Assembly (NCBI GenBank): GCA_963579135.1
Contig: CAUZFB010000001.1
Coordinates: 51,548-115,547, forward strand
Direction of reading: 5' to 3'
Length of the DNA: 64,000 nt
Origin: Dehalococcoidia bacterium
Lineage (GTDB): Bacteria > Chloroflexota > Dehalococcoidia > Lucifugimonadales > Australimonadaceae
In this document: positions 48,127 to 56,579 of the stretch, in pieces
Position numbering within the stretch: the stretch's first letter is position 1
Layout: each line of letters starts with the position of its first letter
Translations under genes and position numbers: made by a program
Notes under the pieces: generated by a model
The model's input: only the letters and a program-made list of their open reading frames with translations
Database searches by the model: none
Told to the model about the DNA's origin: nothing

Positions 48127-49596
48127 CTATCCTAGGAAGCGGCGGAGGCGGGCTGCTTCTTCAATATAATGGGGCACGTTGGCGTGTCCGTCACGCTGGA
48201 GACCGGCCCAAATAGCACTGGTAAGCCCTTCGTGGATGCGGTCGATCGAACGACCGTGGCGCATGACGACATCGGAGTAGGCGTCACCGAGCAGGCTGCG
48301 GACGCGGGACTCGTTAGCGTACGTGGCGGCGACAGCGAGGTCGTCGTCAAGGCTAGGGTAGATCTCGCGCACGAACGCGAGATCATCGTCGTCGAGGGCA
48401 GTCATGCCGAGGATCTCGGGCGGGACGCCGATGGAGTAGAGCGACGCAGCGAAGGCGATAGCGCGAGGCAGCGTGACATCGCTGGAGCCGGCGAGGGATC
48501 GTCCATAGCCGAACAGGCCAACGTGCAACTTGCGGTCGCGTCTACGCGGCACGCAGGCGGAAGCTTCCGTGATGAAGGGCACGAGCTTCCGCACGCACTG
48601 CTGGTACTCTGCGGCGAACTTATCGATGATTAGGCGAGCGCGCGCTTCATCGATGGGCTTGGCGGGCGCTTGCTCATGCGCGAGGATCTGCTGGATGCCG
48701 TTACGTACATCGTCAGGCGCGTAGTCGTACTTGAAGGCGGACTGGACGGTGAACGTTTGGATGCTCGGGTACTCGGTGAACGCCCTATCCAGGTTCAGGG
48801 GAGTGAGATGTCCCCGGAACGGGACGGAGCCCGCACCGATGATGGGGTACATGGGCACGCCCAGCTCAACTCCAAGGCGATCTAGCCGCTGCAGGGAGAC
48901 CTGGAGCATGAGCTCCGCGCCGACCATGCCATAGTTGAGCGCGGGGTCGCTGCGGGCGAGGAACACGCGCTGGTACGGCAGGTCGCGCCCGCGGCAGTAA
49001 TCGCGCACGATGGTGTCGGCGGTGAGCATCTGCTCAAGGTCCTCGATTAGGGGAATCATGCGGATCTGCTTGGGGTTGAACTCGCCGATCCAATCTTTGA
49101 CACGGCGGCCGCCGGACATGGCCTGGGTTTCCTGTCCAACGACGAATCGTTCGTAATATTCAGCGATGAGCGCAACCTCATCGCCAGTGGTGGTCATGGG
49201 TAGGATAACCTCTTGGATAGGTGCATCCATGGGGTCGCCGTAGAAGCCGCGGGCGACATCCCACGCTGAGGGGATGCTATGAAGCGCCTCCACCACAGAC
49301 TTGCGCATATCAATCTCGATGGCCGGATTGGGCACGCGCAAGGTGATGGTGCAGTCGGTGCCGAGGCGCCGCTCGTTGCGGAAAAAGTCAGGGTAGTTGG
49401 AGAGAAGTTTCTGGACGACCTGTCCATCGGCGTCCTTGCCCTCGGAATCCCACATCTGCTCATCGCAGCCCATGCCGAAGACATCCACGGCTTCGACGAT
49501 TTCTCCCTCGCCCTTGATGACGCCGTTGACAGCGAAGGGCGGCGGCGATGCGTTGTCGGGATGCTGAGTGCTCATGCACTTGGGAATGAGCGGCAT
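48127..49596 (-). CDS. ppcA: archaeal-type phosphoenolpyruvate carboxylase (PepcA family)
   Basis: MSTQHPDN, EQMWDSEGKD, LLSNYPDFF, VILPMTT, VFLARSDPALNYG, PFRGHL, QSAFKYDY, PRRRDRKLHVGLFGYGR, C-terminal IRRFLG. About 489 aa, not the roughly 900-aa bacterial Ppc. Confidence 0.88.
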   Translation of the reverse strand: MPLIPKCMSTQHPDNASPPPFAVNGVIKGEGEIVEAVDVFGMGCDEQMWDSEGKDADGQVVQKLLSNYPDFFRNERRLGTDCTITLRVPNPAIEIDMRKSVVEALHSIPSAWDVARGFYGDPMDAPIQEVILPMTTTGDEVALIAEYYERFVVGQETQAMSGGRRVKDWIGEFNPKQIRMIPLIEDLEQMLTADTIVRDYCRGRDLPYQRVFLARSDPALNYGMVGAELMLQVSLQRLDRLGVELGVPMYPIIGAGSVPFRGHLTPLNLDRAFTEYPSIQTFTVQSAFKYDYAPDDVRNGIQQILAHEQAPAKPIDEARARLIIDKFAAEYQQCVRKLVPFITEASACVPRRRDRKLHVGLFGYGRSLAGSSDVTLPRAIAFAASLYSIGVPPEILGMTALDDDDLAFVREIYPSLDDDLAVAATYANESRVRSLLGDAYSDVVMRHGRSIDRIHEGLTSAIWAGLQRDGHANVPHYIEEAARLRRFLG

Positions 49597-49668
49597 GGCG
49601 TCTGCTCCAAGGGGGCTGATAGAGGCATGATACGGCGGGAATGGGGATGACGCATAACCATTTTACTG

Positions 49669-49719
49669 GCAAACCAGTTTGCAACAAAACTTGACACCCT
49701 GTTTGCTGCGGACTAAGTT
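49669..49719 (+). promoter_or_regulatory. parA promoter with operator-like repeats
   Basis: GCAAAC-CA-GTTTGC inverted repeat (49669-49682), TTGACA (49691-49696), a third GTTTGC (49701-49706) inside the 17-nt spacer, and TAAGTT (49714-49719). Confidence 0.5.
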
Positions 49720-49806
49720 ATGGGTCGTCCAGAGTCGAACCCAGGCGTGCTAGCCGGGTATGCCAGTCATGTAACGAGGAGGGTACCTCCACGAGGGCAC
49801 GAGTTT

Positions 49807-50595
49807 ATGGTAGGCGAATCACAGCCAACAATCATAGCGGTCGCGAACCAAAAAGGTGGGGTCGCAAAGACCACCACGTCAGTCAACCTAACGGCGCTTC
49901 TGGCGGCAGCGGGCAAGCGCGTATTGCTAGTGGACATGGATCCCCAGGGCGGCTGTGCCGTGTGCCTGGGAATGGACACGACGACGATGGAACGATCGAT
50001 CTACGATGCGCTGGTGAAGCAGGACGTGGGGATCGCCGATGTGGTGGTGCCTACGGCGTTCGCTTTCGATCTGGCGCCGGCGAATATCGATCTGGCGGGC
50101 GCTGAGATCGAACTGAAGCAGGCGCTGGCCGCGGAAACGGTGCTGCAACGCAAGCTGAAACCGATGCTCGATCGCTACGACTACGTAGTAATAGATACGC
50201 CGCCTTCGTTGGGCATCCTGACAGTGAATAGCCTGACGGCGGCCGACAAGGTGCTCATTCCTATTTCAGCCGAGTACATGGCGCTGCGCGGTCTGCGTAT
50301 GCTGCTGGACACTCTGGAGAACGTGCGCGAGGTGACGAACCCGGGCCTGAACATCATGGGAATCCTGGCGACGCGCTACGATGGGCGAACGATCAATAGC
50401 CGAGAGGTTTACGCGTATCTCCGCGAGTTCTGCGAGCGCGAGGGGATCCACCTCTTCCCGCAAGTCATCAAGCAATCTGTCCGGTTCGCTGAAGCGCCCG
50501 GATATCAGACACCGGTGGTTCTTTGGCGCAAGGATCTGGATGGAGCGAAGCAGTACCAGAAGGTCGCGGAGGAGGTGATTGATGGCAAAGTCTAA
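49807..50595 (+). CDS. parA: ParA/Soj-family ATPase
   Basis: IIAVANQKGGVAKTTT deviant Walker A, VVIDTPPSLG. 262 aa with no N-terminal HTH domain. Confidence 0.85.
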   Translation: MVGESQPTIIAVANQKGGVAKTTTSVNLTALLAAAGKRVLLVDMDPQGGCAVCLGMDTTTMERSIYDALVKQDVGIADVVVPTAFAFDLAPANIDLAGAEIELKQALAAETVLQRKLKPMLDRYDYVVIDTPPSLGILTVNSLTAADKVLIPISAEYMALRGLRMLLDTLENVREVTNPGLNIMGILATRYDGRTINSREVYAYLREFCEREGIHLFPQVIKQSVRFAEAPGYQTPVVLWRKDLDGAKQYQKVAEEVIDGKV

Positions 50596-50920
50596 GCGTC
50601 CAGCGTTCGTATTCCCAGAGCTGGAAAGCCGGGGACGACGTACAATTCTCCGTTCCACGGAAGAGGTGTCTGCCGAATTGGACGCGCTGCACCAGGCCGA
50701 GGAGGAACCCAAGGAGCGAGTGAAGGTGACGTACCGGTTCCAGCCTGAGGCGGTGGAGGCGGTAGAGGATATACGCCGCATCCTTCGCCGACAGTATGGG
50801 GTCCGAAAGGTGAACCGCGAGGATATCGCGCAGGCAGCGGTGCTTGAGGCGCTGCGTGACTTGGAGAGGAACGGCGCTTCAAGTTACTTGGCCCGCGAAT
50901 TTGGCGAAGCTGGAAGCTAA
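50582..50920 (+). CDS. small basic/acidic partner protein of ParA (possible ribbon-helix-helix, ParG-like)
   Basis: 112 aa, overlapping the parA stop by 14 nt. Basic N-terminus MAKSKRPAFVF. The central KVTYRFQPEAVEAVEDIRRILRR fits a strand-helix-helix pattern. No ParB/HTH domain is recognisable. Confidence 0.45.
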   Translation: MAKSKRPAFVFPELESRGRRTILRSTEEVSAELDALHQAEEEPKERVKVTYRFQPEAVEAVEDIRRILRRQYGVRKVNREDIAQAAVLEALRDLERNGASSYLAREFGEAGS

Positions 50921-50934
50921 CCCCCGGATGCCCC

Positions 50935-51113
50935 GGACTCGGCGGAGGATCGAGCGCGCATGAGGTCGGGGCGAGCTCTCGAATCTCTTGGCTTCGCCGC
51001 TGGGGCTGAAGGTTGCTCGGCGCTCCGGGGAAGGGCACTAAGAGAGTTCATTGGCTTGGAGGGACCTGATGGATTCCCTTCGAGTGACTCAGGACAGGCT
51101 CGCGGGCAGCGCC
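50935..51113 (+). repeat. copy C of the dispersed mosaic repeat family (full length)
   Basis: GGACTCGGCGGAGG...GCGAGCTCTCGAATCTCTTGG...TTGCTCGGCGCTCCGGGGAAGGG...TTCCCTTCGAGTGACTCAGGACAGGCTCGCGGG. Confidence 0.7.
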
Positions 51114-51233
51114 TGGTGCCAGAGTGACGTTAATCGCAACGGATATTGCCCCGCAGCGGCATGTGGTGTGGGGCACCCTTGCCTAGGGGTACTCCGGCTT
51201 CGCGGTCGCAAACAACGTTCATCGAAATTACAG

Positions 51234-52160
51234 CTAGGCAGGGATGAACGGGGCTCGGGAGCCATCGAAAAGGAGGCTTGAGGGTAGGAGTTTGGCGAGT
51301 TCTTCGACGGTCCATTTGCCTTTGTTGCGCCAGTCTTTGTTGATGGTGCGTACCTCGGTGGGGTGCGAGTAGACGCCGATCTTGCCGGAGCCGGACCGGA
51401 AGATGAGGCCGTTGACACCTGCGGCGAGGTCCGAGGCGAGATAGACGACTATGGGCGAGACGTGCTCGCCACCTGGGCGGTCAGTCGTGAGTTCGTCACC
51501 GGCTTTCTTGGCGGCGAGGCCCGCGTCCGCGAGCATCTCCGGGTGACGATAGTTGTCGAAGGCGCGGGTCTGGGCCATTGGGGCGATAGCGTTGACGGTG
51601 ATGCCGTGGTTCCGCAACTCGAACGCAAGATCCCAGGTGAGACTAACGATTGCACCCTTGGCTGCCGCATAGGCTGGCCGGCCTTCCGGGTTGCGCCACT
51701 GGCTGGATGCGGTGTTGATGATGCGGCCCGCACCCTGCTCCATCATGATGGGCACCGCGTGGCGGCAAGTGTTGAACGTGCCCTTGAGGTGCACACCCAC
51801 GACGGTGTCGAAGTCGGCCTCGTTGATTTGATGGAACAGTCCATCGCGAGCGACACCTGCGTTGTTCATGAGAATGTCGAGCCTGCCATAGTTCTCGATA
51901 GCAGTGCCGATGAGCTGCTCGGCCTGGCCAAAGTCGGCGACGGAGTGGTAGTCGGCAACTGCTTCGCCACCGTTCTCGCGAATCAACGCGACGACCTCAT
52001 CGGCCGGGGCTCGCGTGCCTCCAGTGCCGTTGCGCTCCACGCCAGGGTCGTTGACGACGACTTTGGCGCCCTCGGCTGCGAGGGCCATGGCGTGGGCACG
52101 ACCGATGCCTCGCCCGCTGCCGGTGACGATCGCTACTTTATTTTTCAGATATTCGCCCAT
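51234..52160 (-). CDS. SDR family oxidoreductase (308 aa, extended C-terminus), paralog 1
   Basis: VAIVTGSGRGIGRAHA, NNAG, YAAAKGAIVSL. About two thirds of positions match the next gene by eye. Confidence 0.85.
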   Translation of the reverse strand: MGEYLKNKVAIVTGSGRGIGRAHAMALAAEGAKVVVNDPGVERNGTGGTRAPADEVVALIRENGGEAVADYHSVADFGQAEQLIGTAIENYGRLDILMNNAGVARDGLFHQINEADFDTVVGVHLKGTFNTCRHAVPIMMEQGAGRIINTASSQWRNPEGRPAYAAAKGAIVSLTWDLAFELRNHGITVNAIAPMAQTRAFDNYRHPEMLADAGLAAKKAGDELTTDRPGGEHVSPIVVYLASDLAAGVNGLIFRSGSGKIGVYSHPTEVRTINKDWRNKGKWTVEELAKLLPSSLLFDGSRAPFIPA

Positions 52161-52210
52161 GATTTTTCTCTTTTGCGCTGCGCAGATTGGCCACTTCTAG
52201 GATCCGGCGT

Positions 52211-53134
52211 CTAGGGAATGAACGGGGCCTTCGTATCGCCTGCAAGCAGGGTATTCGGAAGGATGGTTTCGAGCTCGGCGATGGGCCAGGTGCCTTCGGT
52301 CTTCCAATCTCGATAGATGGTATTCATCTCGGTGGGGTGGCTGTACCGGCCCACCTTGCCGGAGCCGACCCTAAACACGATGCCATTGATGTCCTTGGCC
52401 TGCTCAGACGCCAGGTAGACGACGGTCGGAGAGACGAACTCGGGTGCGGCGCGGTTGGTGCCCTGCTCGGCGGGGTCCTTCTTCCTCTCGAGGCCGGCAT
52501 CCACGAGCATGTCGCGATAGGCAGTATCGCCGAAGGCCCGGGTAGCACCCATGGGTGCGATGGAGTTGACGGTGATCCCGTGGTTGCGGAGCTCGAAGGC
52601 GAGCGCCCAGGTGAGGCTGACGATGCCACCCTTGGCGGCGCCGTAGTTGGCTCGCCCTTCAGGGTTCCGCCATTGGCTGGATGAGGTGTTGATGATGCGG
52701 CCGTAGCCCTGCTCCATCATGACTGGGACAGCGTGATGGCAAGTGTTGAAGGTGCCCTTCAGGTGCACGCCAATGACATTGTCCCAGTCTTCCTCGGTTA
52801 GCTCCCAGAAGAGTTGGTGGCGAAAGATGCCGGCGTTGTTGACGAGTATGTCGAGCCGACCATAGTTGTCGACTGCGGCTGCGATGATACGGCCAGCGGC
52901 GGCGTAGTCAGCGACCGACTCGTAGTTGGCGACAGCCTCGCCACCACGTTCGCGAATCAAGGCGACGACTTCGTCGGCGGGGGCGCCTGTGCCGCCCGTT
53001 CCGTCTCGCTCAACGCCGAGGTCGTTGACGACGACGGAGGCTCCTTCAGCGGCGAGGGCGATGGCGTGTTCACGTCCTAGGCCCCTCCCTGCGCCGGTGA
53101 CGATGGCTACGCGGCCTTTGAGCAGATCACCCAT
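52211..53134 (-). CDS. SDR family oxidoreductase (307 aa), paralog 2
   Basis: VAIVTGAGRGLGREHA, NNAG, YGAAKGGIVSL. Tandem paralog of 51234..52160. Confidence 0.85.
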   Translation of the reverse strand: MGDLLKGRVAIVTGAGRGLGREHAIALAAEGASVVVNDLGVERDGTGGTGAPADEVVALIRERGGEAVANYESVADYAAAGRIIAAAVDNYGRLDILVNNAGIFRHQLFWELTEEDWDNVIGVHLKGTFNTCHHAVPVMMEQGYGRIINTSSSQWRNPEGRANYGAAKGGIVSLTWALAFELRNHGITVNSIAPMGATRAFGDTAYRDMLVDAGLERKKDPAEQGTNRAAPEFVSPTVVYLASEQAKDINGIVFRVGSGKVGRYSHPTEMNTIYRDWKTEGTWPIAELETILPNTLLAGDTKAPFIP

Positions 53135-53189
53135 GCGTGTCCTCCTGGGATTGCGATCGGTGGGGTTATATCACGTCTCAAGATTCTAC

Positions 53190-53338
53190 GGGCTCGTCGG
53201 AGGTCCGATTGTGGATGGCGGATGGGCGAGCCTCGAATCGCCGAACTCAAGGCCGCTAGGCGCTCCGGGGAGACGATGGGAAGGTAAGCGGTCCTTCGGC
53301 TGCGCTACGCTCTGCTCAGGAAACAGAGGGGCAGGGAG
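53190..53338 (+). repeat. copy D of the dispersed mosaic repeat family
   Basis: GGGCTCGTCGGAGGTCCGATTGTGGATG...GCGAGCCTCGAATCGCC...GCTAGGCGCTCCGGGGAG...GGGAAGGTAAGCGGTCCTTCGGCTGCGCTACGCTCTGCTCAGGAAACAGAGGGGCAGGGAG. Confidence 0.75.
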
Positions 53339-53353
53339 CTCCAGGGAGACGCC

Positions 53354-53824
53354 CTAGCGGCGGGGACGGTCGCCGCTGTCAAGGGTAATGGTGACCGGGC
53401 CATCGTTATCCAAGGCGACGTTCATGTGCGCTTGGAAAACGCCTGCCTGAACGGTGAGGCCGGTCGCTTTGAAGCGGTCGACGACAGTGGCGAACGTTGC
53501 GGCGGCGATCTCGGGGGCTGCAGCCTCGGTGAAGCTGGGGCGACGGCCCTTGCGGGTGTCGGCGTAGAGGGTGAATTGGCTGATGAGGAGGAGTTCTGCG
53601 CCGACGTCTAGGGCGGAGCGGTCAAATCGACCGGTGCCATCGTCAGCACCGGGAAAGATGCGGAGGTGGGCGATCTTGTCGACAAGGTAGGTGGTGTCTT
53701 CGGGGGTATCATCGCGGCCGACCCCGAGCAGGATAACGAGGCCAACGCCAATGGAGCCGACGGGGGCGCTATCACCGGCGAGCGTGACGCTGGCTTGTGT
53801 GACGCGCTGAACGACGGCGCGCAT
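53354..53824 (-). CDS. dtd: D-aminoacyl-tRNA deacylase
   Basis: MRAVVQRV..., [24 protein letters not shown]. Confidence 0.93.
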   Translation of the reverse strand: MRAVVQRVTQASVTLAGDSAPVGSIGVGLVILLGVGRDDTPEDTTYLVDKIAHLRIFPGADDGTGRFDRSALDVGAELLLISQFTLYADTRKGRRPSFTEAAAPEIAAATFATVVDRFKATGLTVQAGVFQAHMNVALDNDGPVTITLDSGDRPRR

Positions 53825-53828
53825 GGAG

Positions 53829-54206
53829 TTAATCGCTGGAGGGAGCGGAGGAGGAGGAAGAGCTGCTGCTGCTGGAGTTGTCGCTGCTGGAAGGCGACGA
53901 GATGCTTGAGCTCTCGGAGCTGATGGAGGCTGACGTGGAGGAGTCAGAGGACGAGTCCGACGAATCTGACGATGACGAACTGGACGAAGACCCGGTGGAG
54001 GTGTTGGCTCCGCCGCTGGATTTCTCTTTCCGCGCGTAGTCAGTGGTATAGAACCCGGACCCCTTGTAAATCACCGGGGGGGCGTGGAACTGGCGCCTAG
54101 CAATGTGCTGGCACTTGGGGCATTCGTATCGGGGCTCACTGTTGAAGCTCTGCCGAACGTCGAATTCGTTCTTGCAGTTGTCGCAACGGTATCCGTAGGT
54201 AGGCAC
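53829..54206 (-). CDS. FmdB/CxxC zinc-ribbon family protein with a roughly 60-aa Ser-rich tail
   Basis: [17 protein letters not shown]...YECPKCQ is a typical FmdB N-terminus. The C-terminal half is almost pure S/D/T. Confidence 0.75.
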   Translation of the reverse strand: MPTYGYRCDNCKNEFDVRQSFNSEPRYECPKCQHIARRQFHAPPVIYKGSGFYTTDYARKEKSSGGANTSTGSSSSSSSSDSSDSSSDSSTSASISSESSSISSPSSSDNSSSSSSSSSSAPSSD

Positions 54207-54418
54207 TGTAAATGTCGCTCCGGGTTAGCAGTCGACGCTGCCAACTGCTAATGAAGATAGCTGTTCAGGCGCTGAAATGTCAATAACACACACACTCGAT
54301 AAGCTACTATTTGTCCTCTGAGTTGAGCGCCGTTTTGGTGGTTTTGCAGGTGGGTTACTCACATGATAAGATTCCGAACGGCCCAACGCGATGCGTAAGT
54401 ACGGGCTGTGGAGTGCAA

Positions 54419-54607
54419 ATGGCGTTCGTAACGATTCGAGATGGCGAACCCCCTGAGGGGATCGTAAGCCGGTTCAGGGCTGCCGTGACTCGTGGTGGAA
54501 TCCTGAAGGAGCACAAGGACCGCAGGTTCTTCCGATCGAAGGGTGAGAAGGAACGTCTGGCCGCTAGGCGGTCCGCGCGCCGCCGTCGTCGTGTCACCGC
54601 CCGCTAG
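54419..54607 (+). CDS. rpsU: 30S ribosomal protein S21
   Basis: 62 aa, very basic: ..ILKEHKDRRFFRSKGEKERLAARRSARRRRR. Confidence 0.85.
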   Translation: MAFVTIRDGEPPEGIVSRFRAAVTRGGILKEHKDRRFFRSKGEKERLAARRSARRRRRVTAR

Positions 54608-54625
54608 GCGGTAACTCGGCAGACA

Positions 54626-54681
54626 GCAAATCACAAAATAAAGCGTCCTTCTGACGAAGGACGCTTTATTTTGTGATTTGC
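54626..54681 (+). terminator. 26-bp perfect AT-rich hairpin after rpsU (terminator-like, potentially bidirectional)
   Basis: GCAAATCACAAAATAAAGCGTCCTTC-TGAC-GAAGGACGCTTTATTTTGTGATTTGC, read directly with no mismatch. Confidence 0.8.
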
Positions 54682-54744
54682 TTCACACAGACCGCCCGCC
54701 CGCATGCTAGCATTCGTCCTCAACGCTTCCCTTTTTAGGTAGTC

Positions 54745-56517
54745 ATGCGACCCCTCAGATTGGCCCTCGCTCAGATGAACCCTACCGTCGGCGACCTGAT
54801 AGGTAACGCCGACCGTATCATCGCGCTGCTGGGCGAGGCGAAGGCCCAGCAGGCAGACCTGGTGGCGTTCCCCGAACTCGCTATCACGGGATATCCCCCC
54901 GAGGACCTACTCTTCAAGCCACAGTTCCTCGCTGAGACAGAGCTTCAGCTTGAGCGCATCGCAGCGGCGAGCGACGGGTTGGTTGTAGTCGTCGGCGCGC
55001 CACACCTGGTGGATGGGCCGGTGTTCAACGCCGCCAAGGCCGAGACGCCAGATGCGATGACGGGTGCTTTGTACAACGCGGCTGCGGTGCTTACGGCCGG
55101 GCATGTGCTGGGCAGGTACCACAAGATCTTCCTGCCCAACTATGGAGTTTTCGATGAGCGACGCTACTTCACGCAGGGTGACATATGCCCTGTTTACGAA
55201 ATCAACGGTGTCAACGTTGGCGTGAACGTGTGCGAAGACATCTGGCATGACAACGGTCCAACGAACGTGCAACGGACGGCTGGGGCCGAGGTGATCCTCA
55301 ACATCAACGCGTCGCCGTACCACCAGTTGAAAGGTGCGCAACGCGAGGCGATGTTATCCAAGCGTGCGACCGCCAATGGAGTATTCGTGGCGTACCTCAA
55401 CACAGTGGGTGGCCAGGATGAGTTGGTGTTCGACGGCCAGAGCCTGGTGGTAGACCCGACGGGGGCAATAGTGGCTCGCGGTCCGCAGTTCGAGGAAGCA
55501 CTACTTATGGTCGACGTTGACGCCGACGACGCCCACCCAGCGGCGGTCTCCACCGAAGGACTGGAACCCGTGGGTCGCGCGACGAACGTCCACATCTCGC
55601 CGAGGGACAGCACGCGTGTGCGCCAGCCGGTCACGGCGCCGATGGCGGAGCCGCTCGACGAGCTCACCGAGGTGTATCGAGCGTTGGTGACAGGCACGCG
55701 GGACTACGTGCGGAAGAGCGGGTTCCCAGGTGCGATTATCGGTCTGTCGGGCGGCATCGACTCAGCGCTGACGGTGGCTATCGCTGCTGAAGCGCTGGGG
55801 CCAGAGAATGTCACGGCGTTCTTCATGCCATCCCAGTACACGAAAGATCAGTCGAACAACGACTCGGTGAAGCTCACGGCCAATCTAGGCGTGCGTTTGG
55901 TGACGCTGCCCATCAAGAATCTGTTCGATCAGTACTTAGATGAGCTGGCACCCCTGTTCCAGGGTCGCCAGGCGGACACCACCGAAGAGAATCTGCAGGC
56001 CCGCATCCGTGGCAATATGCTGATGGCGGCCTCGAACAAGTTCGGCTGGATCGTGCTGACGACCGGAAACAAGAGCGAGATGGCGACGGGCTATGCGACG
56101 CTCTACGGCGATATGGCGGGCGGGTTCGCGGTGATCAAAGACGTACCCAAGATGCTGGTGACGGCGCTCGCGCGGCACGTGAATGTGCTGGCAGACCGCG
56201 AGGTCATTCCTGAGTCGATTATCGTGCGTCCACCCACAGCTGAGTTGCGGCCCAATCAGGAGGACGAGGATTCTCTGCCGCCGTATTCGGTGCTTGATCC
56301 GATCATCGAGGCATATGTGGAGCACGACTGGCACGTGTCGGAGATGCTTGAGGCTGGAATGCCGGCGGATGCGGTGGAGCTGACGATGCGCCTGGTGGAC
56401 CGCAGCGAGTACAAGCGGCGGCAGGCCCCACCAGGCGTCAAAATAACGCGGCGCAATTTCGGCCGCGATCGGCGTCTTCCGCTGGTCAACCAATACCGGC
56501 CATCTGCCAAGCTCTAG
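54745..56517 (+). CDS. nadE: glutamine-dependent NAD+ synthetase
   Basis: An N-terminal CN-hydrolase domain (FPELAITGYPPEDL) plus the NAD synthetase domain (GLSGGIDSA, TTGNKSEMATGYATLYGD). Confidence 0.93.
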   Translation: MRPLRLALAQMNPTVGDLIGNADRIIALLGEAKAQQADLVAFPELAITGYPPEDLLFKPQFLAETELQLERIAAASDGLVVVVGAPHLVDGPVFNAAKAETPDAMTGALYNAAAVLTAGHVLGRYHKIFLPNYGVFDERRYFTQGDICPVYEINGVNVGVNVCEDIWHDNGPTNVQRTAGAEVILNINASPYHQLKGAQREAMLSKRATANGVFVAYLNTVGGQDELVFDGQSLVVDPTGAIVARGPQFEEALLMVDVDADDAHPAAVSTEGLEPVGRATNVHISPRDSTRVRQPVTAPMAEPLDELTEVYRALVTGTRDYVRKSGFPGAIIGLSGGIDSALTVAIAAEALGPENVTAFFMPSQYTKDQSNNDSVKLTANLGVRLVTLPIKNLFDQYLDELAPLFQGRQADTTEENLQARIRGNMLMAASNKFGWIVLTTGNKSEMATGYATLYGDMAGGFAVIKDVPKMLVTALARHVNVLADREVIPESIIVRPPTAELRPNQEDEDSLPPYSVLDPIIEAYVEHDWHVSEMLEAGMPADAVELTMRLVDRSEYKRRQAPPGVKITRRNFGRDRRLPLVNQYRPSAKL

Positions 56518-56567
56518 ACCAATCTCACAGATCCGTGGGAAACAGTGTCATTTGCGGGTTGCGATTA

Positions 56568-56579
56568 GAACATCTGTTC
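56568..56579 (+). promoter_or_regulatory. LexA-type SOS box (GAAC-N4-GTTC)
   Basis: GAACATCTGTTC lies 84 nt upstream of the recA start codon, within the spacer after a TTGCGA -35-like hexamer. Confidence 0.6.
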
